From: an uncultured Alphaproteobacteria bacterium
Lineage (GTDB): Bacteria; Pseudomonadota; Alphaproteobacteria; Rs-D84
Direction: 5' to 3'
Assembly: GCA_934272785.1 (NCBI GenBank)
Contig: CAKQSE010000001.1
Coordinates: forward strand, 41,212 to 105,211
DNA length: 64,000 nt
Made by a program: the position numbers and the translations under genes
The notes under the pieces: generated by a model
What the model saw: the letters and a program-made list of their open reading frames with translations, nothing else
The model's database searches: none
What the model was told of the DNA's origin: nothing
Shown here: piece after piece, positions 48,734-59,059 of the stretch
How the letters are laid out: each line of letters starts with the position of its first letter
How positions within the stretch are numbered: position 1 is the stretch's first letter

Positions 48734-48945
48734 GTTATGTCCTGGTGCGGCAAATGTCGTACCAGGGCAAAGTAGAGATTTCTGTCCGAGACTGATGGTG
48801 TTGGCAACAACTTAATTCCCATCATAGACAAAGAAAAAATTCTTTGGGGCAGGAACCGCAGCCCCATCCCGGGAAACCGGATGGAAAGTTTAACAAAGCA
48901 GGGATTCCGGGGGTAACCCTGAAATCTGGAAGTAAAGGATAAAAT
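48734..48945 (+). promoter_or_regulatory. rplJ (L10) leader region
   Basis: A 212-nt structured intergenic stretch between rplA and rplJ holds several short palindromes (e.g. cctggtgcggcaaatgtcgtaccagg). This is the position of the autoregulatory L10(L12)4 leader in bacteria. Assigned by position and structure, not by a covariance model. Confidence 0.35.
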
Positions 48946-49422
48946 ATGAGACGCGAAGAAAAATCAGATTTGATTTCAGCGTTGCAGTCGTCCTTGAAAG
49001 ATGCAAACGGTGTTTTCGTCGTTGAAAACCACGGTCTGACCGTAAAGGAAATGGAAAGCCTGCGCAACGAATTGCGCCCACTGGTTTCCGTTTTCAAAGT
49101 CGTTAAAAACCGTTTGATGAAATTGGCGTTGAAAGACACCGATTTCGAACCTGTGTCCGAAATGATGAAGCGTCCGACCGCAGTTGCCGTTGCAACAGAT
49201 GGTCTGGCGGTCACCAAGGTTTTGGCAAAGTTCGCCGAGGCGCACCCAAACCTGACCATCATTGGTGGTAAAATGGACGCAGATGTCTTGGACAAAGACG
49301 GCATTGTGCAATTATCCAAACTGCCATCCCTGTTGGAAATCCGTGGCACTATCGCGCGTATCTTGGTCGAACCAGCATCGCGCCTGGCCCGCGTTTCTGC
49401 AGAGTATGGAAAGAAAAATTAA
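48946..49422 (+). CDS. rplJ: 50S ribosomal protein L10
   Basis: Conserved L10 sequence and operon position. Confidence 0.9.
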   Translation: MRREEKSDLISALQSSLKDANGVFVVENHGLTVKEMESLRNELRPLVSVFKVVKNRLMKLALKDTDFEPVSEMMKRPTAVAVATDGLAVTKVLAKFAEAHPNLTIIGGKMDADVLDKDGIVQLSKLPSLLEIRGTIARILVEPASRLARVSAEYGKKN

Positions 49423-49472
49423 ATATCAAAGTGGCAACATTTTGATTTACCTAAACTAATAGGAGCTAAAAA

Positions 49473-49838
49473 ATGGCAGACATTCAGAAATTAGTTGAAG
49501 AATTGTCAAAATTGACCGTTTTGGAAGCAGTTGAACTGTCCAAAGCGTTGGAAGAAACATGGGGCGTTTCCGCCGCCGCCGCAGTTGCAGTTGCAGCTGG
49601 TCCGGCCGCTGCTGCCGCCGAAGAAAAAACAGAATTCGACGTTGTTTTGGCCGAAATCGGTGCAAACAAATTGGCCGTTATCAAGGCTGTCAAAGAAATG
49701 ACAGGTCTGGGCCTGAGCGAAGCGAAAGCTTTGGTCGAATCTGCACCAAAGGCAGTGAAAGAAGCTGTTGCCAAAGATGAAGCTGAAAAAATGAAGGCTA
49801 CATTGGAAGCAGCAGGTGCCAAGGTTGAATTGAAATAA
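49473..49838 (+). CDS. rplL: 50S ribosomal protein L7/L12
   Basis: The alanine-rich hinge [22 protein letters not shown] and C-terminal domain …[22 protein letters not shown]…KVELK. Confidence 0.95.
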   Translation: MADIQKLVEELSKLTVLEAVELSKALEETWGVSAAAAVAVAAGPAAAAAEEKTEFDVVLAEIGANKLAVIKAVKEMTGLGLSEAKALVESAPKAVKEAVAKDEAEKMKATLEAAGAKVELK

Positions 49839-49844
49839 TTCATC

Positions 49845-49940
49845 CCGTCGGGCGGACGCCTGACACAATAAAAAGTCGCGGCATTGCCGCGCAAACGCCG
49901 GCCCACCAGGGGAATTTTCCCCGGTGGGCGCAAAGGCGTA
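49845..49940 (+). promoter_or_regulatory. rplL-rpoB intergenic hairpins (attenuator-like)
   Basis: gcggcattgccgc and ccaccaggggaattttccccggtggg stem-loops lie between rplL and rpoB, where a partial terminator/attenuator is known in other bacteria. Confidence 0.35.
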
Positions 49941-49996
49941 AAAACAGTATTAAATAGTTTCGTTTGCAAAACGCACAAAAAAAAGGATTGATACCC

Positions 49997-52900
49997 ATGG
50001 CAGTTATCCAGAAATTTAGAAAATCTTTTGGAAAAAGTTTTTTGCAAACTCCGCTTCCTGATCTGGTTGAAATTCAATATAATTCATACAAAGATTTCTT
50101 ACAGGCTGATGTAGATCCGCAGAACCGCAAAAACATCGGTCTGCAAAATGTGTTCACGTCTATGTTCCCAATCAAAGACTATGCCGGCATTGCCGACCTG
50201 GAATTCGTGGAATACACGTTGGACAAACCTGTATATAACGTAAAAGAATGCATGCTGCGCAATATGACATATTCCAGCAAGCTGAAATTGAAGCTGAGAT
50301 TGATTTTATGGGATATCGCCGAAGACGGCAAAAAAACGTTGCGCGATATCAAAGAACAAGAAATATTTATGGGCGAAGTGCCGTTGATGACAGAACGCGG
50401 CAGCTTTATCGCATCGGGTGTTGAACGTGTTATTGTTTCCCAGATGCATCGTGCCCAAGGTGTCGTTTTTGCAACCACCAAAGAAGCGAAAATCGCCGGT
50501 AACCCGATTACATATACCGCGCGTATTATCCCAGAACACGGCAGCTGGATTGATTTCGAAGAATCCAAGGGCGTTATTTATGTCCGTATCGACCGTCGCC
50601 GCAAGGTTCCGGCAACCGTGCTGTTGCGTTGCCTGCCGGCCGCCGAAGATGAAAAGAAATTCGCCGCCGATCCGCGTAAATCAACAATCCGCGGAATGAG
50701 CGATACAGAAATTCTGTCGGCGTTCTATAACCGCATTCCGTTGAAATTTGACGGCAAAATGTGGGCGGGCGAAACCGCGGCATTTGCGGGTCTGGATAAA
50801 TACCGTTTGAATTATGATTTAATCAATCCAAAAGATAAAAAGGTCTTGGCGTCCAAGGGTGATCGTCTGAACGCAAAGCGTATGGCGAAAATCACATCTG
50901 CGTCCAAAGAATTCGGTATCTTGCCGGAATCGCTGATTGGTGAATACCTGTTTGACCCGATTATGTCCGGGGACGAGGTTGTATTCCAATCCGGCACCGA
51001 AATCACCGAAGAAGTTTTGGCTGATTTGGACAAGATGGGTGTCAAAGAAATTTCCTTGATTGCGATTGATAACACAACGGTTACCGCGCACATGCGTAAC
51101 ACGTTGGTTGCAGATAAAACAACCAATCGCGAAGAGGCATTGATAGAAGTTTATAACATCATCCGTCCGGGTGAACGTCCAACACTGGAAGCGGCAATCA
51201 ACTTGTTCCTGCGCCAGGGATTTGACGCGGCGTTCTATGACCTGTCGGCGGTTGGTCGTTTCAAGATGAACAAACGTTTGAAAATTGATTCTGGCAAAAA
51301 GCCCGAAGATGAACGTTTGCTGACGAAATCTGATTTCTTGGCGGTTTTGAAAACACTGACAAATATTATCGACCACAAAGACACCGTTGATGATATTGAT
51401 AACCTGTCAAATCGTCGCGTGCGCGCGGTTGGTGAATTGTTGGAACAGAATTTCCGCACCGGTATGGTTCGTATCGAACGTCTGGTCCGCGAAAGCCTGT
51501 CGTCGCCAAACATTGCAAATATGCAGCCCCAGGACGTTATCAATGTAAAGCCATTGATGTCGCTGGTTGCTGAATTCTTGGGAACGTCCCAGTTGTCCCA
51601 GTTTATGGATGCGTATAACCCGCTGTCTGAATTGGAACACAAGCGTCGTATTTCTGCGTTGGGTCCGGGCGGATTGAACCGTGATCGCGCCGGCATCGAC
51701 GTCCGCGACGTTCATCCGACACACTATGGTCGTCTGTGCCCAATTCACACACCCGAAGGTGCAAATATTGGTCTGATAAACCACATGGCGACATATGCAC
51801 GTGTCAACCCATATGGATTTATTGAAACACCGTATTACGTTGTTGAAAACGGTCGTGTCACGGGCAAGATGGTATATCTGACCGCGGACGAAGAATTGGG
51901 TCACAAAATTGCCCAGGGTAACACCCCAACAACCAAAGATGGCGCATTGGCCGAAGATACCGTGACCGCACGTGTTGACGGTGAATTTACAATGGTGCCA
52001 AAAGAAGAAATTGATTTAATCGACGTTGCCCCACGCCAGGTGGTGTCCATCGCAACCGGTTTGATTCCGTTCGTTGAAAACGACGACGCGAACCGTGCGT
52101 TGATGGGTTCGAACATGCAACGCCAGGGCGTTCCATTGCTGCGTGTCCAGGCCCCATTGGTCGGAACCGGTATTGAACGCGAGGTTGCACGTGATTCCCG
52201 CACCGGCAAGGTTGCAAAACACAGTGGTGTTGTTGAATCTGTGGATGCAAATCGTATCGTGGTTAAATGTATGAACAGCCGCAATGTCGTGACCGGTGTT
52301 GATATTTACAACCTGGAAAAATTTGAACGCAGCAACAGTGAAACATTGATTCACCAAAAACCATTGGTCAAGGTTGGCGACCGTATTTCTGCGGGCGACA
52401 TCATTGCCGACGGTTCGTCGATGAACTATGGTGAATTGGCGTTGGGTCGTAACGTGTTGGTCGCATTCGTGCCATGGCGTGGTTATAACTATGAAGACGC
52501 GATTGTGATTTCCGAACGTATTTCCCGCGAAGATATGTTCACATCGGTTAAAATCGTTGAAAAAGAATTCAAGGTCCGTGATACCCAGTTGGGCCCAGAA
52601 AGCTTTACCCGCGATATTCCAAACGTCGGCGAAGAAGCACTGAAAAACCTGGACGAATCCGGTATCATTTACGTTGGTGCACGCGTGAAACAGGGCGACA
52701 TTTTGGTCGGTCGTGTTTCGCCGAAATCCGAAACATTGCTGACCCCCGAAGAGGCGTTATTGCGCAACATCTTTGGTGAAAAGGCACTGAACGTCAAGGA
52801 TACATCACTGCGTGTGGGACCAAACGAAGAAGGAACCGTTATCGGGGTGAACGTCTTGACCCGTCATGGGGTAAAGAAAGACGAACGTACCCAGATGATT

Positions 52901-54133
52901 GAACTGCAAAAGATTGAACAAATCAATAAAGACCGCGATGAAGAAACATCTATCATCGAAAAGGGCTTTGCAGACCAGGTATTCCAGATTGCCGAAGGCG
53001 AAACAATCGACGCCGGCACAGGCAGCCTGAAACCATTTGTTGGCAAAAAATTGACCGCCGAAGTATTCGAAGGTATTAAACCGGCCGACATCAAGAAAAT
53101 GGTTGTTCGCAACAAAGAAGCCCAGGCCAAGATTGACGAACTGCGTGAACAGCATGTTGCAAAGCTGAAGGCATTGAACGAAAAAGCCGATGCCGAAGTT
53201 TCCAAGGCAACAGAAAGCAATTCGCTGAACGCGGGCGTCTTGAAAGAGGTCAAGGTCTATATCGCACACAAGATGAAATTGCAGCCCGGTGATAAAATGG
53301 CGGGCCGTCACGGAAACAAGGGTATTGTATCCAAGGTTGTTCCAATCGAAGACATGCCATACATGGAAGATGGAACCCCGGTCGATATCGTTCTGAATCC
53401 GTTGGGTGTGCCGTCACGTATGAACATCGGCCAGATTTTGGAAACCCACTTGGGTATGGCGGGACGCGCCCTGGGCCAGCAGATTGGCGAAGTATTAGAA
53501 GAAGTCAAGGCGAAACGCGCCGTGACGGACGACCTGCGTGCCATCATGGGCAAGATTTATGGCAAAGAAACCGCGGACAAGTTGGAAAAAATGACCGACA
53601 CAGATGTCCGTGCCGAAGCGGCCCTGTTGCGCGATGGTGTTCCAATGGCAACCCCGACATTCGACGGTGCGACCCCAGAAGACATCCGCAGCATGCTGAA
53701 ATTGGCAAAACTGCCTGAATCTGGTCAGTTCACGATGTATGATGGTATGACGGGTGAAAAGTTTGCACGTCCGGTTACCGTTGGCGTTATGTACATGATG
53801 AAACTGCATCACTTTGTTGATGAAAAGATTCACGCACGTTCAATTGGTAACTATTCGTTGGTAACACAACAGCCATTGTCCGGTAAGGCACACATGGGTG
53901 GCCAGCGTTTGGGTGAAATGGAAGTGTGGGCATTGGAAGCACACGGTGCGGCGCACCTGCTGCGCGAAATGCTGACTGTCAAGTCTGACGATATCGTCGG
54001 CCGTAACAAGATGTATGAAGCCATCATATCCGGCAGCAATGATATCCAGACCGGCACACCAGAAGCATTCAACGTGTTCGTCCGCGAATTGCGTGGTTTG
54101 GGTCTGGCGATGACACCAAAGAAAATTGACTAA
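49997..54133 (+). CDS. rpoB: DNA-directed RNA polymerase subunit beta
   Basis: MAVIQKFRKSFGK… and the full-length beta subunit. The start is taken as the internal Met of track ORF 49964-54133. Confidence 0.95.
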   Translation: MAVIQKFRKSFGKSFLQTPLPDLVEIQYNSYKDFLQADVDPQNRKNIGLQNVFTSMFPIKDYAGIADLEFVEYTLDKPVYNVKECMLRNMTYSSKLKLKLRLILWDIAEDGKKTLRDIKEQEIFMGEVPLMTERGSFIASGVERVIVSQMHRAQGVVFATTKEAKIAGNPITYTARIIPEHGSWIDFEESKGVIYVRIDRRRKVPATVLLRCLPAAEDEKKFAADPRKSTIRGMSDTEILSAFYNRIPLKFDGKMWAGETAAFAGLDKYRLNYDLINPKDKKVLASKGDRLNAKRMAKITSASKEFGILPESLIGEYLFDPIMSGDEVVFQSGTEITEEVLADLDKMGVKEISLIAIDNTTVTAHMRNTLVADKTTNREEALIEVYNIIRPGERPTLEAAINLFLRQGFDAAFYDLSAVGRFKMNKRLKIDSGKKPEDERLLTKSDFLAVLKTLTNIIDHKDTVDDIDNLSNRRVRAVGELLEQNFRTGMVRIERLVRESLSSPNIANMQPQDVINVKPLMSLVAEFLGTSQLSQFMDAYNPLSELEHKRRISALGPGGLNRDRAGIDVRDVHPTHYGRLCPIHTPEGANIGLINHMATYARVNPYGFIETPYYVVENGRVTGKMVYLTADEELGHKIAQGNTPTTKDGALAEDTVTARVDGEFTMVPKEEIDLIDVAPRQVVSIATGLIPFVENDDANRALMGSNMQRQGVPLLRVQAPLVGTGIEREVARDSRTGKVAKHSGVVESVDANRIVVKCMNSRNVVTGVDIYNLEKFERSNSETLIHQKPLVKVGDRISAGDIIADGSSMNYGELALGRNVLVAFVPWRGYNYEDAIVISERISREDMFTSVKIVEKEFKVRDTQLGPESFTRDIPNVGEEALKNLDESGIIYVGARVKQGDILVGRVSPKSETLLTPEEALLRNIFGEKALNVKDTSLRVGPNEEGTVIGVNVLTRHGVKKDERTQMIELQKIEQINKDRDEETSIIEKGFADQVFQIAEGETIDAGTGSLKPFVGKKLTAEVFEGIKPADIKKMVVRNKEAQAKIDELREQHVAKLKALNEKADAEVSKATESNSLNAGVLKEVKVYIAHKMKLQPGDKMAGRHGNKGIVSKVVPIEDMPYMEDGTPVDIVLNPLGVPSRMNIGQILETHLGMAGRALGQQIGEVLEEVKAKRAVTDDLRAIMGKIYGKETADKLEKMTDTDVRAEAALLRDGVPMATPTFDGATPEDIRSMLKLAKLPESGQFTMYDGMTGEKFARPVTVGVMYMMKLHHFVDEKIHARSIGNYSLVTQQPLSGKAHMGGQRLGEMEVWALEAHGAAHLLREMLTVKSDDIVGRNKMYEAIISGSNDIQTGTPEAFNVFVRELRGLGLAMTPKKID

Positions 54134-54208
54134 AAATCCAGCCGTGGCGGCGCAACCCGTCGCCATGGCACAAGCATTTTGAACAGCGACTTGAAAGGAG
54201 CAAAATTT

Positions 54209-57200
54209 ATGACCAATATGTTGCAGAAGATTTTCGGACAAATTGAAACCAAGGAACAGTTTGACGCCCTGCGCATCACCATCGCGTCACCAGAAGAAAT
54301 TCTGTCCTGGTCCCATGGCGAGGTAAAAAAGCCCGAAACTATCAACTATCACTCTTTGAAACCAGAAGCAGAAGGCCTGTTCTGCCAGCAGATTTTTGGT
54401 CCGGTCAAAGATTATGAATGCGCATGCGGAAAATATAAAAGAATTAAATTCCGTGGCGTCGTTTGCGAACGTTGCGGGGTCGAGGTTGGATCTTCGTCTG
54501 TGCGTCGTGAACGTATGGGACACATTAAATTGGCAATGCCTGTGGCACACACATGGTTCCTGCGCGAAGGTAAAATTGCCACATTGTTGAACAATCTGCC
54601 CCAGAAGAAATTGGAACAGGTTATTTCGTATGATGCATACATCGTTATTGAACCGGGTTTAACCAACCTGAAACAGTATGATGTCATCAGCGAAGATGAA
54701 TATCAAAACGCCGTCGAAGAATTTGGCCCAGACGCGTTCCGCGTTGGCATCGGCGCCGAAGGCGTGCGCAGCATTATCGCCAACCTGGATATGGGTGACG
54801 AACGCACACGTTTGCGCGCAGAATTGGCGGAAACAAAATCCGAAGCGAAACGCAAGGGTTTAATCAAACAATTGAAACTGGTCGAAGCGTTCTTGGATTC
54901 CAAGACCGACCCAGCGTGGATGTTGCCGGATATTATCCCGGTTATCCCACCAGATATGCGTCCATTGGTCACATTGGATGCGGGCCACGTTGCGGCATCT
55001 GACCTGAACGATTTGTATCGTCGTGTTATCATCCGTAACAATCGTTTGAAAAGATTTATTGAAATGCACGCGCCGGATATTATCGTCCGCAATGAAAAAC
55101 GTATGCTGCAAGAAGCCGTTGATTCATTGTTCGATAATGGTCACAAGGCACGCCCAATGGTTTCCCAGAACCGTCGTCCGCTGAAATCACTGTCTGATTC
55201 ACTGCGCGGTAAATCTGGACGTTTCCGTATGAACATGTTGGGTAAACGTGTGGACTATTCCGGTCGTTCGGTTATTGTGTCGGGCCCATCCCTGAAATTG
55301 CACCAGGTTGGTTTGCCAAAAACAATGGCACTGGAATTGTTTAAACCATTTGTTTATGCACGTTTGTTGGCGGGTGATTATGCAAACACATTAAAGACCG
55401 CGCGCAAGATGGTTGAAAACGGCGAAGATGTCGTTTGGGAAATCCTGGAAAAGGTTATTTACCAGCATCCTGTTCTGTTGAACCGTGCGCCATCATTGCA
55501 CCGTCTGTCACTGTTGGCATTTGAACCTGTTTTGATAGAAGGCAAGGCAATTCGTCTGCACCCATTGGTCTGCAAGGGATTCAATGCGGACTTTGACGGT
55601 GACCAGATGTCTGTGCACGTTCCTATTTCATTAGAGGCGCAATTAGAAGCACGCACATTGATGCTGTCGTCGAACAACGTTTTGTCACCTGCAAACGGTG
55701 AACCAATGATTGTTCCGGCCCAGGACATGGTGTTGGGTGTTTATTACATTTCGCTGATTGATGGTGAACACACCGATAAATCGCCACGTTTTGCCAACAT
55801 GGACGAGGTTAAACTGGCGTTGGAAAATCACTCTATCACGTTGCACACACCAATCGTTGCACGTATCAATGGCAAGATTTACAAGACAACCGCCGGTCGT
55901 ATGATTTTGGGCGAATTGTTGCCGAAATCTGACAAAATGCCGTTCGATTTGGTGAACAAGGTTATGCCGGTCAAAGAAATCAAGGCACTGTTGGCAACAA
56001 CGTATGAACGTTGCGGCGACAAGGCGATGATTATGCTGGCGGATAACCTGAAGAACACCGGTTTTGAACAGGCGGCACGCAGTGGTATTTCCATCGGGTT
56101 TGATGATATTATCATTCCAGAAGAAAAGAAAACCATGATTGCCGATGCTGAAAAGGCGGCTGAAGAAATTGAAACACAGTATCAGAACGGTTTGCTGTCT
56201 GGCGGTGAACGTCACAATAAACTGATTGACCTGTGGCAGAAAACAACCGATAAACTGGGTGACTTGGCGTATGCCGCGCTGGGCAAGACAACGGGCGAAA
56301 ATTGGAATTCTGTTCTGATGATGGCTCTGTCTGGGGCGCGTGGTTCCAAACGTCAGATTCAGCAGTTGGCGGGTATGCGTGGTATGATGCAGAAGCCAGA
56401 CGGTTCGATTATCGAAGTTCCTATTATTTCGAACTTTAAAGAAGGTCTGACCATGTCCGAATACTTTACGTCCACCCACGGTGCGCGCAAGGGTATGTCG
56501 GATACCGCGTTGAAAACTGCGTCTGCTGGTTACCTGACCCGTCGTTTGGTTGAATTGTCCCAGAATACGGTTATCACCGAACACGATTGCGGCACGACCG
56601 AATACATCACGGCGAAACCTGTGTACCAGGGTTCAACCCTGTCGGTTGCGCTGGGCGATGTTGTGTTGGGACGCACGGCGGCACACGATATTATTCATCC
56701 GATTACCAAGGAAGTTATCGTTCCGGCCGGCGAACTGATTACCAAGACCGCGGCAAAGCAAATCAATGAATCTGGTCTGCCATCTGTTGATGTGCGCAGT
56801 GTTCTGACATGTTGCAGTGACGGTCTGTGTGCGAAATGCTATGGTATGGATTTGTCGCGTAATGCGTTGGTCCATGTTGGCGAAGCGGTCGGTGTTATCG
56901 CGGGCCAGTCCATTGGTGAACCTGGAACACAGTTGACACTGCGAACCTTCCACATTGGTGGTGTTGCGGCCGGTGGCACGGAAAATCACTTTATCGAAGT
57001 GCCAGTTGCCGGTAAAATTAAACTGACAGGTGTCAACACAATTAAAAACACATCTGGACGTGTTGTTGTTCTGTCGCGTAACGGTGAATTGGCGGTTGTC
57101 GATGACAAGGGCGAAACATTGTTCTCGTGCGCGTTGCCATATGCGGCAATGTTGATTGTCAACGATGGTGACAGTGTTGAAAAGGGTGCCAAGGTTGCAG

Positions 57201-58318
57201 AATGGGATCCATATTCGAACACAATCATCGCCGAAAAAGATGGTATCGTCAGCTTTAATGACCTGGTTGAAAACGTATCTTACCAGGAAGAAGTTGATTC
57301 CATGACCGGTATCGTTTCGCGCAAGGTTATCAACTGGAAGGCGAACACCAAAAAGGCGTTACAGCCGGCAATCCGCCTGGTTGACGCAAATGGTAACGTC
57401 ATTTCCTTGGGCGGGAAAAAGATTGCAGAATATATGCTGCCGATGTATTCGGTGCTGAACGTTGCAAACGGTGCAACCGTTGTGGCGGGCGATGTTCTGG
57501 CGCGTATCCCGGTCCAGGCGAAAAAGACAGGCGATATTACCGGCGGTCTGCCACGTGTTGAAGAATTACTGGAAGTGCGCCGTCCATCCAATCCTGCGTT
57601 GCTGGCAGAAATTGACGGCACGGTCGAACTGGAAGATGCAAAGTCAAAAATCATCATCCGTATTGACCCCGAAGATGGCACAGCCCCGGTTGAATATGCG
57701 GTGCCAAAGGGAACAAATCTGTTGGTGCGCAGCGGTGATGTTGTGCGCAAGGCCGATAAATTGGTCGACGGTGACCCGGTCCCACAGGATATTTTGCGTA
57801 TCTTGGGCCAGAAAGCCTTGGCAACATTTATGGTCGAACAGATTCAACAGGTTTATCGCCTGCAGGGCGTGGTCATCAACGACAAGCACATTGAAATCTT
57901 GATTCGTGAAATGACACGTCGTGTGGAAATCACAAATCCGGGCGATACAGGGTTCCTGATGGGCCAGGTTGTTGATCGTGTCGATTTCGAAGAAGAAAAT
58001 GCACGCGTTGCACACGATGGCGGCAAGGTGGCCGAAGCTTCTCAGGTCTTGGTCGGTTTGACCCGCGCATCACTGACATCACGTTCATTTATATCGAACG
58101 CATCGTTCCAACAGACAACCAAGGTATTGGTTGATGCGGCAATCAGCGGTGCAACCGATAAACTGGTCGGTATCAATGAAAACCTGATTGTTGGCCGTCT
58201 GATTCCAATCGGCACTGGCGCATATGTCCGCCGTGTCCGTGAAATCGCCAAGGCCGAAGAACGTGAAGAACGTTTGGCCCGCGAAGGAAACACCCAACAA
58301 CAGTTGTTGGATATCTAG
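54209..58318 (+). CDS. rpoC: DNA-directed RNA polymerase subunit beta'
   Basis: MTNMLQKIFGQ… preceded by RBS aaaggag. Zinc-binding CxC…CxRC, NADFDGD catalytic loop and trigger loop are present. Confidence 0.95.
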   Translation: MTNMLQKIFGQIETKEQFDALRITIASPEEILSWSHGEVKKPETINYHSLKPEAEGLFCQQIFGPVKDYECACGKYKRIKFRGVVCERCGVEVGSSSVRRERMGHIKLAMPVAHTWFLREGKIATLLNNLPQKKLEQVISYDAYIVIEPGLTNLKQYDVISEDEYQNAVEEFGPDAFRVGIGAEGVRSIIANLDMGDERTRLRAELAETKSEAKRKGLIKQLKLVEAFLDSKTDPAWMLPDIIPVIPPDMRPLVTLDAGHVAASDLNDLYRRVIIRNNRLKRFIEMHAPDIIVRNEKRMLQEAVDSLFDNGHKARPMVSQNRRPLKSLSDSLRGKSGRFRMNMLGKRVDYSGRSVIVSGPSLKLHQVGLPKTMALELFKPFVYARLLAGDYANTLKTARKMVENGEDVVWEILEKVIYQHPVLLNRAPSLHRLSLLAFEPVLIEGKAIRLHPLVCKGFNADFDGDQMSVHVPISLEAQLEARTLMLSSNNVLSPANGEPMIVPAQDMVLGVYYISLIDGEHTDKSPRFANMDEVKLALENHSITLHTPIVARINGKIYKTTAGRMILGELLPKSDKMPFDLVNKVMPVKEIKALLATTYERCGDKAMIMLADNLKNTGFEQAARSGISIGFDDIIIPEEKKTMIADAEKAAEEIETQYQNGLLSGGERHNKLIDLWQKTTDKLGDLAYAALGKTTGENWNSVLMMALSGARGSKRQIQQLAGMRGMMQKPDGSIIEVPIISNFKEGLTMSEYFTSTHGARKGMSDTALKTASAGYLTRRLVELSQNTVITEHDCGTTEYITAKPVYQGSTLSVALGDVVLGRTAAHDIIHPITKEVIVPAGELITKTAAKQINESGLPSVDVRSVLTCCSDGLCAKCYGMDLSRNALVHVGEAVGVIAGQSIGEPGTQLTLRTFHIGGVAAGGTENHFIEVPVAGKIKLTGVNTIKNTSGRVVVLSRNGELAVVDDKGETLFSCALPYAAMLIVNDGDSVEKGAKVAEWDPYSNTIIAEKDGIVSFNDLVENVSYQEEVDSMTGIVSRKVINWKANTKKALQPAIRLVDANGNVISLGGKKIAEYMLPMYSVLNVANGATVVAGDVLARIPVQAKKTGDITGGLPRVEELLEVRRPSNPALLAEIDGTVELEDAKSKIIIRIDPEDGTAPVEYAVPKGTNLLVRSGDVVRKADKLVDGDPVPQDILRILGQKALATFMVEQIQQVYRLQGVVINDKHIEILIREMTRRVEITNPGDTGFLMGQVVDRVDFEEENARVAHDGGKVAEASQVLVGLTRASLTSRSFISNASFQQTTKVLVDAAISGATDKLVGINENLIVGRLIPIGTGAYVRRVREIAKAEEREERLAREGNTQQQLLDI

Positions 58319-58365
58319 GCAATATTTCCGGGGCGCGCCGCGCCCCGGAATATACTGGACGGGCA

Positions 58366-58764
58366 ATGACAGAAATACCGGCAATCTTTTGTGACATAGA
58401 CGGCGTTGTGAACCAGAAATTCGCAATTGCCAACTATGACCGTTTTGGTGAGCCGAATACGAACATGATACGTATTCTGGAAACATTGGGACGGGATTTC
58501 ACAATTGTGTTTATCACCGGTCGTTGGGCCATGGGCCAGGACAAGGTCCAGCGTCACATCGACAATCTGTTGCCAAATATCAAAAAGCGCGTTTTCTGCA
58601 AGCCGCACGATTATCCCGGCACAACCGCAGAATTCAAATTGGCAACAATCGTGGCACTGGAACAACAGGGATATAAATTCTATATGGGACTGGACGATCA
58701 CAGCGCGGTTATTGGCCTGATGCATAATCACGGTATGTTCGTCGCCCAGGTGATATCAGATTAA
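58366..58764 (+). CDS. HAD-like small hydrolase (132 aa), hypothetical
   Basis: N-terminal IFCDIDGVV (DxDGV, HAD motif I) and a later K/D-containing region. It resembles the mini-HAD phosphatase domains seen in phage polynucleotide-kinase-like proteins. Confidence 0.5.
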   Translation: MTEIPAIFCDIDGVVNQKFAIANYDRFGEPNTNMIRILETLGRDFTIVFITGRWAMGQDKVQRHIDNLLPNIKKRVFCKPHDYPGTTAEFKLATIVALEQQGYKFYMGLDDHSAVIGLMHNHGMFVAQVISD

Positions 58765-58830
58765 AGTTTTCCTTGCATTTGCAATGGATTTTAATAAAAT
58801 ATCAAACTGTAAATTAAAAAGGATAGTAAA

Positions 58831-58980
58831 ATGGCAACGCCAAAAAGTAAAACAAGTAAAGCACGCACAGCACAACGTCGTTCTCATGACGCATTGTCCA
58901 TTATGCCATGCACAGTATGCAAGGCCTGTGGCGAAAAGAAACGTCCACATCACGTTTGCCCAGCGTGTGGTGCAAAATAA
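58831..58980 (+). CDS. rpmF: 50S ribosomal protein L32
   Basis: MATPKSKTSKARTAQRRSHDALSIMPCTVCKACGEKKRPHHVCPACGAK: the conserved RRSHDAL motif and Cys zinc ribbon, directly upstream of plsX. Too short for the ORF track. Confidence 0.85.
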   Translation: MATPKSKTSKARTAQRRSHDALSIMPCTVCKACGEKKRPHHVCPACGAK

Positions 58981-59059
58981 TTATGGCACAGAAAATATAA
59001 AAGGCAGATTTGGCGCACTGTTCTGTGCCACTCTGCTTTTTTAATATGAAAAAAATACC

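Noticed and set aside
55685-56584. 299-aa minus-strand ORF inside rpoC (and similar antisense ORFs throughout rpoB/rpoC, e.g. 50819-51376 and 52805-53311)
   Set aside because: Antisense shadow ORFs in highly conserved RNA polymerase genes, with R/H/Q/F-rich junk composition.
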